DNA of 44,955 bases from a virus. Lineage: Duplodnaviria > Caudoviricetes. Shown piece by piece: positions 26,448 through 34,949 of this stretch (within the stretch, counting starts at the first letter, position 1; every line of letters begins with the position of its first letter). Location: positions 1 through 44,955 of the IMG/VR virus record IMGVR_UViG_3300017766_003782. One strand, given 5' to 3'. A program made the translations under genes and the position numbers. Under the pieces are notes generated by a model. It made no database searches and was not told where the DNA came from. It saw only the letters and a list, made by a program, of their open reading frames with translations.

Positions 26448-28909
26448 TTCTTTGCCTTCCTTGCTGCAAGCCATTTGTCGAGAGGCACACCCGCACCCCA
26501 CGGACCGATTGCCCCGTCGGCTTCGATGGGAACCTTCATGTGGATGTCGAGGGTATCCATCAGCGCGGGCCTCCGCATAATCTCCATCATCCGGTTGTAG
26601 ACGCGCTCGACCCACTCATCCTTGACCCGGAAGAGCACAGCGTCATGCACAGTCCCACAGATGCGAACCACCTTGCGCCCGAACTCTGCCCGGAGCTGGA
26701 GCGCGGCCATCAGGTTGATGTCGTTGGCGAACGACTGCACAGGCGAGTTGATAGCCTGGCGCTCAGCTGCCTTGCGGTCCATCGGGTTGTCGTCCTGGCG
26801 AGCCTCTGGCAGCCGGCGCTTGCGGCCAGACAGTGACTTGACGTAACCGTGCCGACGCACGTACCGCTTCTGCCTGTTGTGCCACTCGGGCAGGTCGGGG
26901 TAGTTGTCGAAGAAGGCATTGCGGGAACCTTCTGCTTCCTCGTCAGTGATGATGACGCCATAGCTGTCGCGGGCGTAGTCCTTGAACTTCTTCCACCACA
27001 TCCCGTAGAGGTAACCGAAGTTCACGGCCTTGGCCTTCTTGCGGTACTCCTTCCAGCGGCCGTCAATCTCGACAGCAGCATCTGGCCCCATCTTGAGCAG
27101 GGCCTCGATTGCCTCCGAGTAGCTGGGCGCCTTGCCAGTGTTGAGCCAGGTCTTGGCTGTGGCGATCACGAGCTCCTTGAGTCCGCCGCCTCGTGCAATC
27201 TCCTGGATGGCGGTCAGCCAGTGCACGTCGATGTCGTTCACGAAGGCGTGGATCATGTTGCGCTCACCCGCTAGCTCAGCAGCAACGCGAAGCTCGATCT
27301 GTGAGAGGTCGCATTCGATCAGCGTCCAGCCATCGGGCGCGGAGATAAGCGTGCGGATCCGTTTGTCGCGTGGCACCTGCTGAAGGTTCGGGTTCTCGCA
27401 TGACAGTCGGCCGGTCACCGTGCCGTGCAGCTTGAACGACGGGTGCAGGTAATAGCCGTCAGGTCTCTTGTGCAGGTAGGGCTTCCACCCGTCGATGAAG
27501 AAGCTCAGTTGCTGCTTGGCCTCGCGGAACTTGAGCAGGGCAGCTGTGCATGGATGATTGAGCCGCTTGATCACCGACTCGTTGCAGGATGGGTTGCCGG
27601 TCGCCGTGCGCTCGATCACTGGCAGCTTCAGCCGACGATAGAGAAGGTCTGCCAGCTGCTGGGTCGACCCCCAGTTGAACGCGATGGGTCGGCCGCGATT
27701 GTCGACCAGGTCCTTGGGCTCCCACTGCTTGAGGTCTGCCAGCGCGGTATCATACTGCTCGCGCAGCGCCAGCTCAGCATCCCCGAACTGATCCATGTTG
27801 ATGTACACCCCGTCGTACTCAATCTCGACGAAGAGGTTGGCCACGGGCATCAGGATGTGGTCGAAGACAGCCTTGACCTCGGGGTCAGCCTTGAGCATCT
27901 TGCCGAAGACGTAGCGGAGCTCTCGGGTATAGAACAGATCGTGTGCATGGTAACGCACGAGCTTGTCGAGCGGCTGGTGGCCCTGCTTGGTGCTCAGATC
28001 CACTTCCCAGTCGGGTGCGCCCAGGTAGACTTGCGCCAGGTACTTCAGACCGTGCCGCATGTTCTCATCCAAGAGGAAGTGTGCAAGCATGGTGTCGAAG
28101 GCCATAGGCCAGCGAACGCCGAAGTGCACCCACATCCAAAGCATGTCGAACTTGCCATTGTGCGTGATGACATTGACCTCGTGCTCAGTGATGCAGTCGG
28201 TGACCTCGTCGACCATCTCCTGGACTTGGTCGAACGACCAGGGCGACTGGTAGTGGTTGACCGGAATGATCCACTGGTTGTTGCGGGTACCGAAGCCGAT
28301 GGCCACGATGCTCGCGGGCTCGGGCACCTGGACGTCGTTGCCTGCCACACGCTTGGTGACGTGAGTCTGGAACGGGTTGAGTGAGTTGGTCTCGATGTCG
28401 AAGGATACACTGCCCCGAAGGTCGCGCAGCATCTCGCGGAAGTCCTTGCGTGTCAGGACCACACGGATCGACAATGCCTTCTCCTCGGGCACACCACCGA
28501 ACTCGACTATCTCGCCAAACAACCGGAGGTCGCCCTTGAGCACATCCTCCTGAAGCGGGTCATGCAGGATCACCGATGGGTTGTTCATCGGCAGGTAGAT
28601 CGTGTCACCCTGCTTGATGGGCTTGCCGCGCATCTTGGTGATGCCAGCAGATCCTGTGACCAGCTGCAAGGGTGAGTTCCCTACCAGCACCACGAAGTCG
28701 TAGCCTGCGAGCGTCTCAAGCAGCGGGGCAGCCTCTTTCAGCTCTGACTTGGTGATGCCTTTGCTGCTCCGGGACTCGCCGAGCAGAACTGGCAGGTGAT
28801 CCAGCTCATACTCGGCTTCCAGGACCTGGATGATGTGTCGAAGTGCAGGCTTGGTGTGAGCCTGCTTCGCGGGCTGCTCAGTGACTACCGCGATCTTAGG
28901 TTTCGACAT
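26444..28909 (-). CDS. polA: Family A DNA polymerase with 3'-5' exonuclease and N-terminal UDG-like domain
   Basis: Exo FDIET, HNGKFD; TGRLSC.NPNLQQ; motif A DLSQIELR, motif B KAVNFGYLYG, motif C VHDA; N-terminal VLVGN..L...GITKMRG..P..NPS. Confidence 0.95.
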   Translation of the reverse strand: MSKPKIAVVTEQPAKQAHTKPALRHIIQVLEAEYELDHLPVLLGESRSSKGITKSELKEAAPLLETLAGYDFVVLVGNSPLQLVTGSAGITKMRGKPIKQGDTIYLPMNNPSVILHDPLQEDVLKGDLRLFGEIVEFGGVPEEKALSIRVVLTRKDFREMLRDLRGSVSFDIETNSLNPFQTHVTKRVAGNDVQVPEPASIVAIGFGTRNNQWIIPVNHYQSPWSFDQVQEMVDEVTDCITEHEVNVITHNGKFDMLWMWVHFGVRWPMAFDTMLAHFLLDENMRHGLKYLAQVYLGAPDWEVDLSTKQGHQPLDKLVRYHAHDLFYTRELRYVFGKMLKADPEVKAVFDHILMPVANLFVEIEYDGVYINMDQFGDAELALREQYDTALADLKQWEPKDLVDNRGRPIAFNWGSTQQLADLLYRRLKLPVIERTATGNPSCNESVIKRLNHPCTAALLKFREAKQQLSFFIDGWKPYLHKRPDGYYLHPSFKLHGTVTGRLSCENPNLQQVPRDKRIRTLISAPDGWTLIECDLSQIELRVAAELAGERNMIHAFVNDIDVHWLTAIQEIARGGGLKELVIATAKTWLNTGKAPSYSEAIEALLKMGPDAAVEIDGRWKEYRKKAKAVNFGYLYGMWWKKFKDYARDSYGVIITDEEAEGSRNAFFDNYPDLPEWHNRQKRYVRRHGYVKSLSGRKRRLPEARQDDNPMDRKAAERQAINSPVQSFANDINLMAALQLRAEFGRKVVRICGTVHDAVLFRVKDEWVERVYNRMMEIMRRPALMDTLDIHMKVPIEADGAIGPWGAGVPLDKWLAARKAKK

Positions 28910-29381
28910 CGACCAACCTTCCTGTGCTCCAGTCCATCACGTAGCCAGCGGGCAGTACCCGATACACCTCGATGTGTTGACCGAAGAGGCTATCCTCCAG
29001 ATGCTCAGTGATCCGGTAGGGCGTACCGAAGAACACCCGCTTGACCCGCCCGTCTTGGAGCAGCCGGTCATAGCAGTGTGCACACGGGCTGTCGGTCACG
29101 TACATGTCAAGACCCCCGCCGATGTCTGCCGGCAGGTGTGCCAGAGCGTTCATCTCTGCGTGGATGGTCTCGCGGCAACCAGCGGCGCCCGGGCAGAGAT
29201 TGCCCGAGCAGTGAGGCAGCCCTGAGGCCACCCCGTTGTATCCGATGCTGACGATGGTCCGCTTCTGGACAATGACCGCCCCGACGTTCAGGCGCATGCA
29301 GGTGGCTCGCTTGGCAACCACCCCCGCAATCTCCATGAACATCTGCGGCCGAGTAATTCGAGCACCGAGGTTCTCAGTCAT
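28896..29381 (-). CDS. dCMP deaminase family protein
   Basis: RATC.RLNVGAVI, GYNG, HAEMNAL, PCAHC zinc motifs. Confidence 0.92.
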   Translation of the reverse strand: MTENLGARITRPQMFMEIAGVVAKRATCMRLNVGAVIVQKRTIVSIGYNGVASGLPHCSGNLCPGAAGCRETIHAEMNALAHLPADIGGGLDMYVTDSPCAHCYDRLLQDGRVKRVFFGTPYRITEHLEDSLFGQHIEVYRVLPAGYVMDWSTGRLVDVET

Positions 29382-29925
29382 GCTTCAGCTCCTTCATCAG
29401 CCGCTGGGCCCACACTGCCTGGCGGTAGGCGTCGTCGATGGCAGAGTGCTTCACGCCGATGCTGGCACCGTCGTCCTTGACGGGCATCAGTGTGTCAGCA
29501 TCCGGTACCATCGACACCAGGGTGCGAAGATCCCTGACCTGCTTGTAGGTCCAGGGCGGAGACTGATGGAAGTCGGCGTACAGCGTATCCATGATGCTGA
29601 CATCAAAGTTGCTGCCGTTGCCCCAGACCTCGATGGTCTCGTGATCCCGGTACAGGCGGCTCAGCTGGTCAAGCGCACGCTCCACGGGCACACGGTACTG
29701 ATCCTTCGTAGCAACCTCCCGACGTGCCTCCTCGTCCTGCTCAAGCCACCAGACGATGGTGTCCCAGCGGACTGTGCGACCCAACCGGATTTGCGGCTGA
29801 ACCTCGGGCAAGAGCAGCTCGCCATAGTGAACCTGCTCCAGGTCGAAGAACACCGCCCCGATGGCAGTCACGGTCGCCCGGTCACCCAGTGACAGGGTCT
29901 CCAGATCAAGCATCAACCTTTTCAC
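29374..29925 (-). CDS. DEDD 3'-5' exonuclease (Rv2179c/DUF5051-like)
   Basis: MLDLETL, IGAVFFD, TIVWW, WGNGSNFD, RDLRT, HSAIDDA; GTG start with GGAGA RBS. Confidence 0.88.
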   Translation of the reverse strand: MKRLMLDLETLSLGDRATVTAIGAVFFDLEQVHYGELLLPEVQPQIRLGRTVRWDTIVWWLEQDEEARREVATKDQYRVPVERALDQLSRLYRDHETIEVWGNGSNFDVSIMDTLYADFHQSPPWTYKQVRDLRTLVSMVPDADTLMPVKDDGASIGVKHSAIDDAYRQAVWAQRLMKELKHD

Positions 29926-30778
29926 TTCCGTCTCCCTTCTGCATGCTGATGAAGTCGTTCTTGAACATGTGCAGACTGGTGCAATGCATCGAGAGGCTGC
30001 CCAGTCGCACGTTGCGGAAGAACCCATTGATCTTGGATGCCTCCTCGATAACCCAGATGCCCAACCGGATGGTCATGTAGACGTCGTCCGCCCAGTGGCG
30101 GTAGAAGTCGCACGAGCGCATCGGATAGTAGATGTGCAGCTGGTTGTTGCGCACGATGAACTGGTAACCCAGCGTGCAGGGCTTGCGTCCGCCATCGCCA
30201 GCGCCCGTGTCCTCAGGAAAGAAGATGGGCAGATAGGCCTGGCGGGTCAGCGGTTGCTCAGCGAGCAGCTGGACCACGTCACGCAAGTCGCCGTACATCC
30301 AGCGGATCCCGTAGTTGTGGTCAGGCAGGTCCTCCAGCGCGTCGGTGTACTGCTTCACGTTCTCGTGCGGCCCGTCGACCTTGCCTGCATGACGCGGCCA
30401 GTACCGCTCCATGTAGTTGTGGTTGAACATACCCGAGTCGTCCAGGCTTTCCTGTGCCTTGTTCGACCAGGGCCAGTGCTTCCACTGAGTGCCCGGGTTA
30501 ATCGGGTAGCCGCACACTCGCTCCTCGAAGTGCTCATCCGCCCACGGGAAGTTGGGCCTGATGTCACGGCGCCAGCTCTCGAGCGTGTGGATGCCACGAA
30601 GCGGAACGATCAGGTCGACGTTGAGCAGCTCGCGCATCTCTGCCTCAGGCCTGGTCTTGATGTCCATCGCCTGCCACTTCTCGGTGTGCACCCAGTGCCC
30701 CTCGTTGATGAAGCGCTGCACGAGCTGCGTCCTGATGGCCGCAAAGCTCATGGCGTGTATCTGGTGGGCTATCTTCAT
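29906..30778 (-). CDS. Thymidylate synthase-fold enzyme, dCMP-modifying type
   Basis: TRQAY, catalytic PCT, MRSCD followed 8 residues later by Asp (RSCDFYRHWADD), SLH. Confidence 0.88.
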   Translation of the reverse strand: MKIAHQIHAMSFAAIRTQLVQRFINEGHWVHTEKWQAMDIKTRPEAEMRELLNVDLIVPLRGIHTLESWRRDIRPNFPWADEHFEERVCGYPINPGTQWKHWPWSNKAQESLDDSGMFNHNYMERYWPRHAGKVDGPHENVKQYTDALEDLPDHNYGIRWMYGDLRDVVQLLAEQPLTRQAYLPIFFPEDTGAGDGGRKPCTLGYQFIVRNNQLHIYYPMRSCDFYRHWADDVYMTIRLGIWVIEEASKINGFFRNVRLGSLSMHCTSLHMFKNDFISMQKGDGSEKVDA

Positions 30779-31578
30779 TCTTCGTCCTCCGTTTCTTCCT
30801 CGGTGATGGGATCCAGTTTATGCGAGCGCACGTAGGAAATAAGCTGCTGTCTTCTTTCTTCGGACATCAGTCTTCTCATGGCCTCGCCTGTGCGTCGCGC
30901 CTGCTTGAACTTGTAGGTGTTGTCGAACAGGAAGCGGTTGAGCCAAGCAAGCGTCGAGCGGTGGAACTGCGGGTCAGCCTGTGCGAGCTCCTCGAGGTAC
31001 TCAATCGGGTCGTCCTCCATGATGGTCAGGATCACCGACGTGTAGTTGCTGCTCACCGTAATGTTGGCGAAGTGGCAGGTCATTTCCACAGGCTTGATCA
31101 GGCTCCAGTCAAACCGCGGCAGGAGGAACCTGTCGATGTAGACCAGGTCAGCAGGAAACTTCTTGAGTATCTCAGTTGTCCGATAGAACACGTCGATCGC
31201 TGCCCCGTCGTTCGGGATGATCGTAACAGTCATGGCTTGCAGGCACGGGCCCATCGTACTCGAGCGCTTGTTCGACGTCTCGCCAGAGTGAGGCTTCAGG
31301 ATGTGGTTATAGCAACTGAACCCGACACTGCCGTAGCGCCCGCCAGCCACTCGGTCCTGCCACTGCTCGACTGCTGAGCTGAGGCTTTCCTCGTGGGTGT
31401 AGAGCTTGTTCAGCAGCGTGAGCTTGGTGTTCTTGTAACCAATCTCGAAGATGTCGATGGGGTCGTTGAACCGGCGGATCCTGAGCCGCTTGTTCCTGAT
31501 AATCTTCTTGCTGCCGCTCTTGAAGTCAGCGGGAGCCATGGTCAGTTGGCGGGCAAACTTGAGCCACTCAGTCCTCAT
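30775..31578 (-). CDS. Divergent second thymidylate synthase-fold protein
   Basis: GPCLQ...DVFYRTTEILKKFPADL keeps the PC..RSxD-x7-D spacing; ATGA-coupled to the TS gene. Confidence 0.6.
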   Translation of the reverse strand: MRTEWLKFARQLTMAPADFKSGSKKIIRNKRLRIRRFNDPIDIFEIGYKNTKLTLLNKLYTHEESLSSAVEQWQDRVAGGRYGSVGFSCYNHILKPHSGETSNKRSSTMGPCLQAMTVTIIPNDGAAIDVFYRTTEILKKFPADLVYIDRFLLPRFDWSLIKPVEMTCHFANITVSSNYTSVILTIMEDDPIEYLEELAQADPQFHRSTLAWLNRFLFDNTYKFKQARRTGEAMRRLMSEERRQQLISYVRSHKLDPITEEETEDEE

Positions 31579-32221
31579 GTTTGCGCACCGACATCCAGTT
31601 CACTTCGACCAGGTCCTTGTGGTCGGGCGGTTCCCATCCTGCTGGCTTGACCACGTCCTGGGCGTACCCGCGCTTCGAGTCGGCGGCAGACTGTGCGAGG
31701 ACCTTCGCCATGTTCGCACGATGCACGCGGTGCCAGGCCTCGACAAACACGTGATCCAGGCCGTGGAGGTGCACAGTGCCGAACAGCACATAGGCCAGGT
31801 CGACCATCGCATCCAGCTGCTCAGCGAGGTGGTGAGTCAGCTCAGCCCGGTCGGGCGCGAAGTCCTCGGTCAGTATGTGGATCATTTGCTGATGGTGCAG
31901 CGCCCACTCTGCCAGCTCCTCGCCGAGGAACTTCAAGCGGAACTTGAAGATGTCCTCCGGCAGCATCCGAGGCGGGCCCTTGTAGTCGATCCCGAACTTG
32001 CTGTGAAACAGCTGGATGTCCTTGATGGGGTCGAACGGTTTCTGGTAGTACTCGTCGCCCACCTTCTCGAAGCGGCCATCAAAGAACTCCTCCTTGGGCC
32101 GCACCCAGACCTGGCCACCCTGGCCTCGGTAGATGACGACGGGTTTCAGGTCTGCCTCATTGCAGCCCTCAGCGAGCAGCTCGTATAGCCCGCCCTTGCG
32201 ATGCCGATAGATGTCACCCAC
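31568..32221 (-). CDS. DUF1653-like domain fused to MazG-like (PRA-PH/DR2231-type) dNTP pyrophosphatase
   Basis: N-terminal YRHRKGGLY...VVIYR....VWVRP..EF; C-terminal EELAE, DAMVDLAYV, VHRANMAK, KPAGW.PPD. Confidence 0.85.
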   Translation of the reverse strand: MGDIYRHRKGGLYELLAEGCNEADLKPVVIYRGQGGQVWVRPKEEFFDGRFEKVGDEYYQKPFDPIKDIQLFHSKFGIDYKGPPRMLPEDIFKFRLKFLGEELAEWALHHQQMIHILTEDFAPDRAELTHHLAEQLDAMVDLAYVLFGTVHLHGLDHVFVEAWHRVHRANMAKVLAQSAADSKRGYAQDVVKPAGWEPPDHKDLVEVNWMSVRKHED

Positions 32222-32714
32222 GGTTGAGAACTCCTCTCGCTATTTTGATGATGTGGTCGATGTCGTCGGTCGTGTGGTTGCGCCAGTCATAGAAGACGTG
32301 CGCGCGCTGGTATGCCCAGTCGTCGTACGCCTCGCAGATCTTGGTGTGGTTCTCAGCGAGCAGGCGCAGGTGCTGCGGAGTGTCGTGCTCGTTGGTTTCA
32401 TGGTTGTCGAGCGGTCCGCCCTTGCAGTAGATGAACAGGCTCGGCAGTTGGTAGAAGGTCCACAGCTGCACAGCAGGCAGGGGCGGGGCCTTAGAGAACC
32501 GGCTGTATATCGGATGGCTGACTGCCGGGTGCCGGTCGAGGATGGTGTTCTCGTGATTGTGCCTTTGGATATACGAAGCGACCCGCTCCTGTATTTCGCC
32601 CGGGTACTTCTCTGGTCCCCTGCCCCGTTCGACGCTCAACCCGAGCGCTTCAGCGATTGTGCGGGCTAGGGTCGATTTGCCGGATCCATCCGGTCCTTCG
32701 AGGATAATTCTCAT
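32214..32714 (-). CDS. dNMP kinase (thymidylate-kinase-like P-loop)
   Basis: IILEGPDGSGKSTLA P-loop; LDR....S..IY. Confidence 0.85.
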   Translation of the reverse strand: MRIILEGPDGSGKSTLARTIAEALGLSVERGRGPEKYPGEIQERVASYIQRHNHENTILDRHPAVSHPIYSRFSKAPPLPAVQLWTFYQLPSLFIYCKGGPLDNHETNEHDTPQHLRLLAENHTKICEAYDDWAYQRAHVFYDWRNHTTDDIDHIIKIARGVLNRG

Positions 32715-32730
32715 GCGTGTCTGCCCCGTG

Positions 32731-32779
32731 TTGACTGTCGTGCAGTACTTTGAATAAATTACAACTCGCGTCTTGTAAA
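32731..32779. promoter_or_regulatory. Overlapping divergent sigma70-like promoters
   Basis: + strand TTGACT-N18-TAAATT; - strand TTTACA-N17-TATTCA. Confidence 0.55.
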
Positions 32780-32794
32780 CCAGGGTTGACCTAC

Positions 32795-33073
32795 GTGTCA
32801 GAATACTACACCGCCAAGGAAGCTGCCGAAGTGCTTGGTCTCAAGTACACCACTCTGCTGGCGAGAGTCAAGAGTGGCAAGGTGCCATGTATCGGAACAA
32901 AACACGCCAGGCTGTTTCCCAAGAAGGAGATTGATGAATATGCTAATGCTCGACCTATGGGAGAGACAAGAGGGAAACTACTTCTGCATCTCGACCAAGA
33001 GCATGACAGGGAAGTGGCGGGATCACTTCATAAAACGGGGCCGTTGGCAGGACGCGAAGGATCTGATCAATGA
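32795..33073 (+). CDS. Excisionase-like / MerR-type HTH DNA-binding protein
   Basis: YTAKEAAEVLGLKYTTLLARVKSGKVP....ARLFPKKEID; start uncertain. Confidence 0.75.
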   Translation: MSEYYTAKEAAEVLGLKYTTLLARVKSGKVPCIGTKHARLFPKKEIDEYANARPMGETRGKLLLHLDQEHDREVAGSLHKTGPLAGREGSDQ

Positions 33074-34799
33074 GAACCGTGACAAAGACCTGTACATGTG
33101 TCCACACGGGTTCACGACTACCAAGCGACTAAAGGACTGCTCAGTCGACCCCTGCTTGCTATACGCCGACCTGGACGAGTGCGACCCGCGTACCCTGGCG
33201 CTCAAGCCGACCATCGCTATTGAGTCTTCTCCTGGTCGCTTCGTCGGGTACTGGTACACTGACCTGCCTGCCAACGAAGAGCTCAACCGACGCCTTGCCT
33301 ACATGATCAGCGCCGACACCAGCGGGTGGGACCGCACACAGGTGCTGAGGATCCCGAACACCCGCAACTACAAGTATGCATCCAAGCCTCGGGTCAAGAT
33401 CTTGTGGATCGACGGGCCAGAGTACGAGCTCGCCAGCTTAGAGAAGATGATCCCCGAGATGCGCTCGGTCAAGGGCGAGAACCTCGAGGAGGAAGCAGCC
33501 AAGATCTACAAGCTTTACGAGCAGAGGCTGAGCCGCTTCGCTCGTCGGGAACTGTTCAATAAGAACGTCGTGGCTGGCAGCCGATCAGAAGTCCTGTGGA
33601 AGTTGCACAACGCCTGCCTGGAAGCGGGCATGACCAGGGACGAGGCGTTCAAGGTCCTGTGGGTCTGCCCGTGGAACAAGTTCAAGGAACGACGCAATGG
33701 CGCTGACCAGCTTTGGAAGGAACTCGACAAAGCGCTTGACCAGCACTTCGAGGGTTTCAAAGCAGACATCCAGGCAGAGGACAAAAAGTGGAACCCACTC
33801 CCTGTGCCAATCTCCGAGGTGCAGACCGAGAACATCAACTGGCTGATCCCAGGTATCATCGCCCGCAAGGAGCTGACCATCGTCGAGGGTGACCCAGGCT
33901 TGGGCAAGTCCTACCTGGTCCAGATGATAGCTGGGCTTGTGTGCGATGGGAAGCACATTCCTCCTCTGCCCAAGTACGCAGCGCCGAAGGGTCGGGTCTG
34001 CTACTTCGACACCGAGAACACAGCCTCCACAGTTACGAAGGCTCGACTCGAGGAGAACGGTGTGGAGAACCTCCAGCACTACTTCCAGGGCGAGGACCCG
34101 TTCAGCATCGACGAGGAGGAGCGCTGGGCGATTGTGATAGACCGCATCGAGCAGCTCAAGCCCGAGCTTGTCGTCTTCGACACAGTGAACACCTACATCG
34201 GTGGCACAGATACCTACCGCTCGTCGGAGACCCAGCAGGCCATGTCCTACTTCAAGGAGATTGCCATCAGGTTCAACTGCGGGGTCGTGATCCTCCGGCA
34301 CTTGACCAAGGGCGGCAAGGACAAAGCGCTGTATCGCGGGCAGGGCTCTATCGCCTTCACGGGTGCTGCTCGTATCGTTGCGACAGTCGGGCGCTCGCCG
34401 GATGATGACGACGTGCGTGTGGTCGCCTGCACCAAGAACAACATCTCTGCTCCCTTCAAGTCGTTCACCTACACCATCGAGGGCTTGCCCGATACACTCA
34501 AGCGCACCAACCGCTCGAAGCTGGTGTGGGGCGAGATAGTCGACTTCGACTCAGATGACATCCTGGCGGCACCGACCAAGGAGAAGAACCAGGACAAGGA
34601 GAACGCGGTCAAGTGGCTGCGCGAGACACTCGAGAACCTGGGTCGGGTCGAGTTCACCAAGCTGCTCAAAATGGCAGAAGCTCGGTCGCTCACCAAGTCC
34701 GTTGTCAATCGGGCAGCTGACACACTCGGGGTGGTGAAGGACACTGAAGGCTTCGGGAAGACGAAGACCAGCTGGTGGTCGCTCCCTTCGACTGAGTGA
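32934..34799 (+). CDS. Primase-helicase (RepB-like AEP primase plus AAA_25 helicase)
   Basis: ADLDEC, IESSPGR, LRIPNTRNYKY; Walker A GDPGLGKS, Walker B VVFDT, RHLTK, GSIAF; RBS AAGGAG. Confidence 0.9.
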   Translation: MNMLMLDLWERQEGNYFCISTKSMTGKWRDHFIKRGRWQDAKDLINENRDKDLYMCPHGFTTTKRLKDCSVDPCLLYADLDECDPRTLALKPTIAIESSPGRFVGYWYTDLPANEELNRRLAYMISADTSGWDRTQVLRIPNTRNYKYASKPRVKILWIDGPEYELASLEKMIPEMRSVKGENLEEEAAKIYKLYEQRLSRFARRELFNKNVVAGSRSEVLWKLHNACLEAGMTRDEAFKVLWVCPWNKFKERRNGADQLWKELDKALDQHFEGFKADIQAEDKKWNPLPVPISEVQTENINWLIPGIIARKELTIVEGDPGLGKSYLVQMIAGLVCDGKHIPPLPKYAAPKGRVCYFDTENTASTVTKARLEENGVENLQHYFQGEDPFSIDEEERWAIVIDRIEQLKPELVVFDTVNTYIGGTDTYRSSETQQAMSYFKEIAIRFNCGVVILRHLTKGGKDKALYRGQGSIAFTGAARIVATVGRSPDDDDVRVVACTKNNISAPFKSFTYTIEGLPDTLKRTNRSKLVWGEIVDFDSDDILAAPTKEKNQDKENAVKWLRETLENLGRVEFTKLLKMAEARSLTKSVVNRAADTLGVVKDTEGFGKTKTSWWSLPSTE

Positions 34800-34881
34800 A
34801 AGAGCCGGAAAATACGCTCACTGGCCCGTGTCTAACCGGTTCGACTAGGGGTACATCAGGCAGACCAGCTACACACGGCCC
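34799..34881. repeat. Imperfect hairpin element, copy B (homologous to 20993-21077)
   Basis: Same ordered blocks as copy A, immediately after the primase stop. Confidence 0.75.
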
Positions 34882-34897
34882 TGCACGCCTCCAGCTC

Positions 34898-34932
34898 ACA
34901 CACCAAAGAACCCGGGTGTTACCCCGGGCTCC
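34898..34932 (-). terminator. Intrinsic terminator ending the early leftward transcripts
   Basis: - strand GAGCCCGGG-GTAACA-CCCGGGTTC followed by TTTGGTGTGTG. Confidence 0.75.
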
Positions 34933-34949
34933 GGTCGTTGTCGGGTCGC

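Noticed and set aside
29906-30778. Annotation as ordinary thyA
   Set aside because: Asp replaces the dUMP-specifying Asn and PCH is PCT, so a dCMP-type enzyme fits better
32795-33073. Excisionase implying a temperate lifestyle
   Set aside because: No integrase, ParA or CI-type repressor with a peptidase domain was recognised anywhere in the genome
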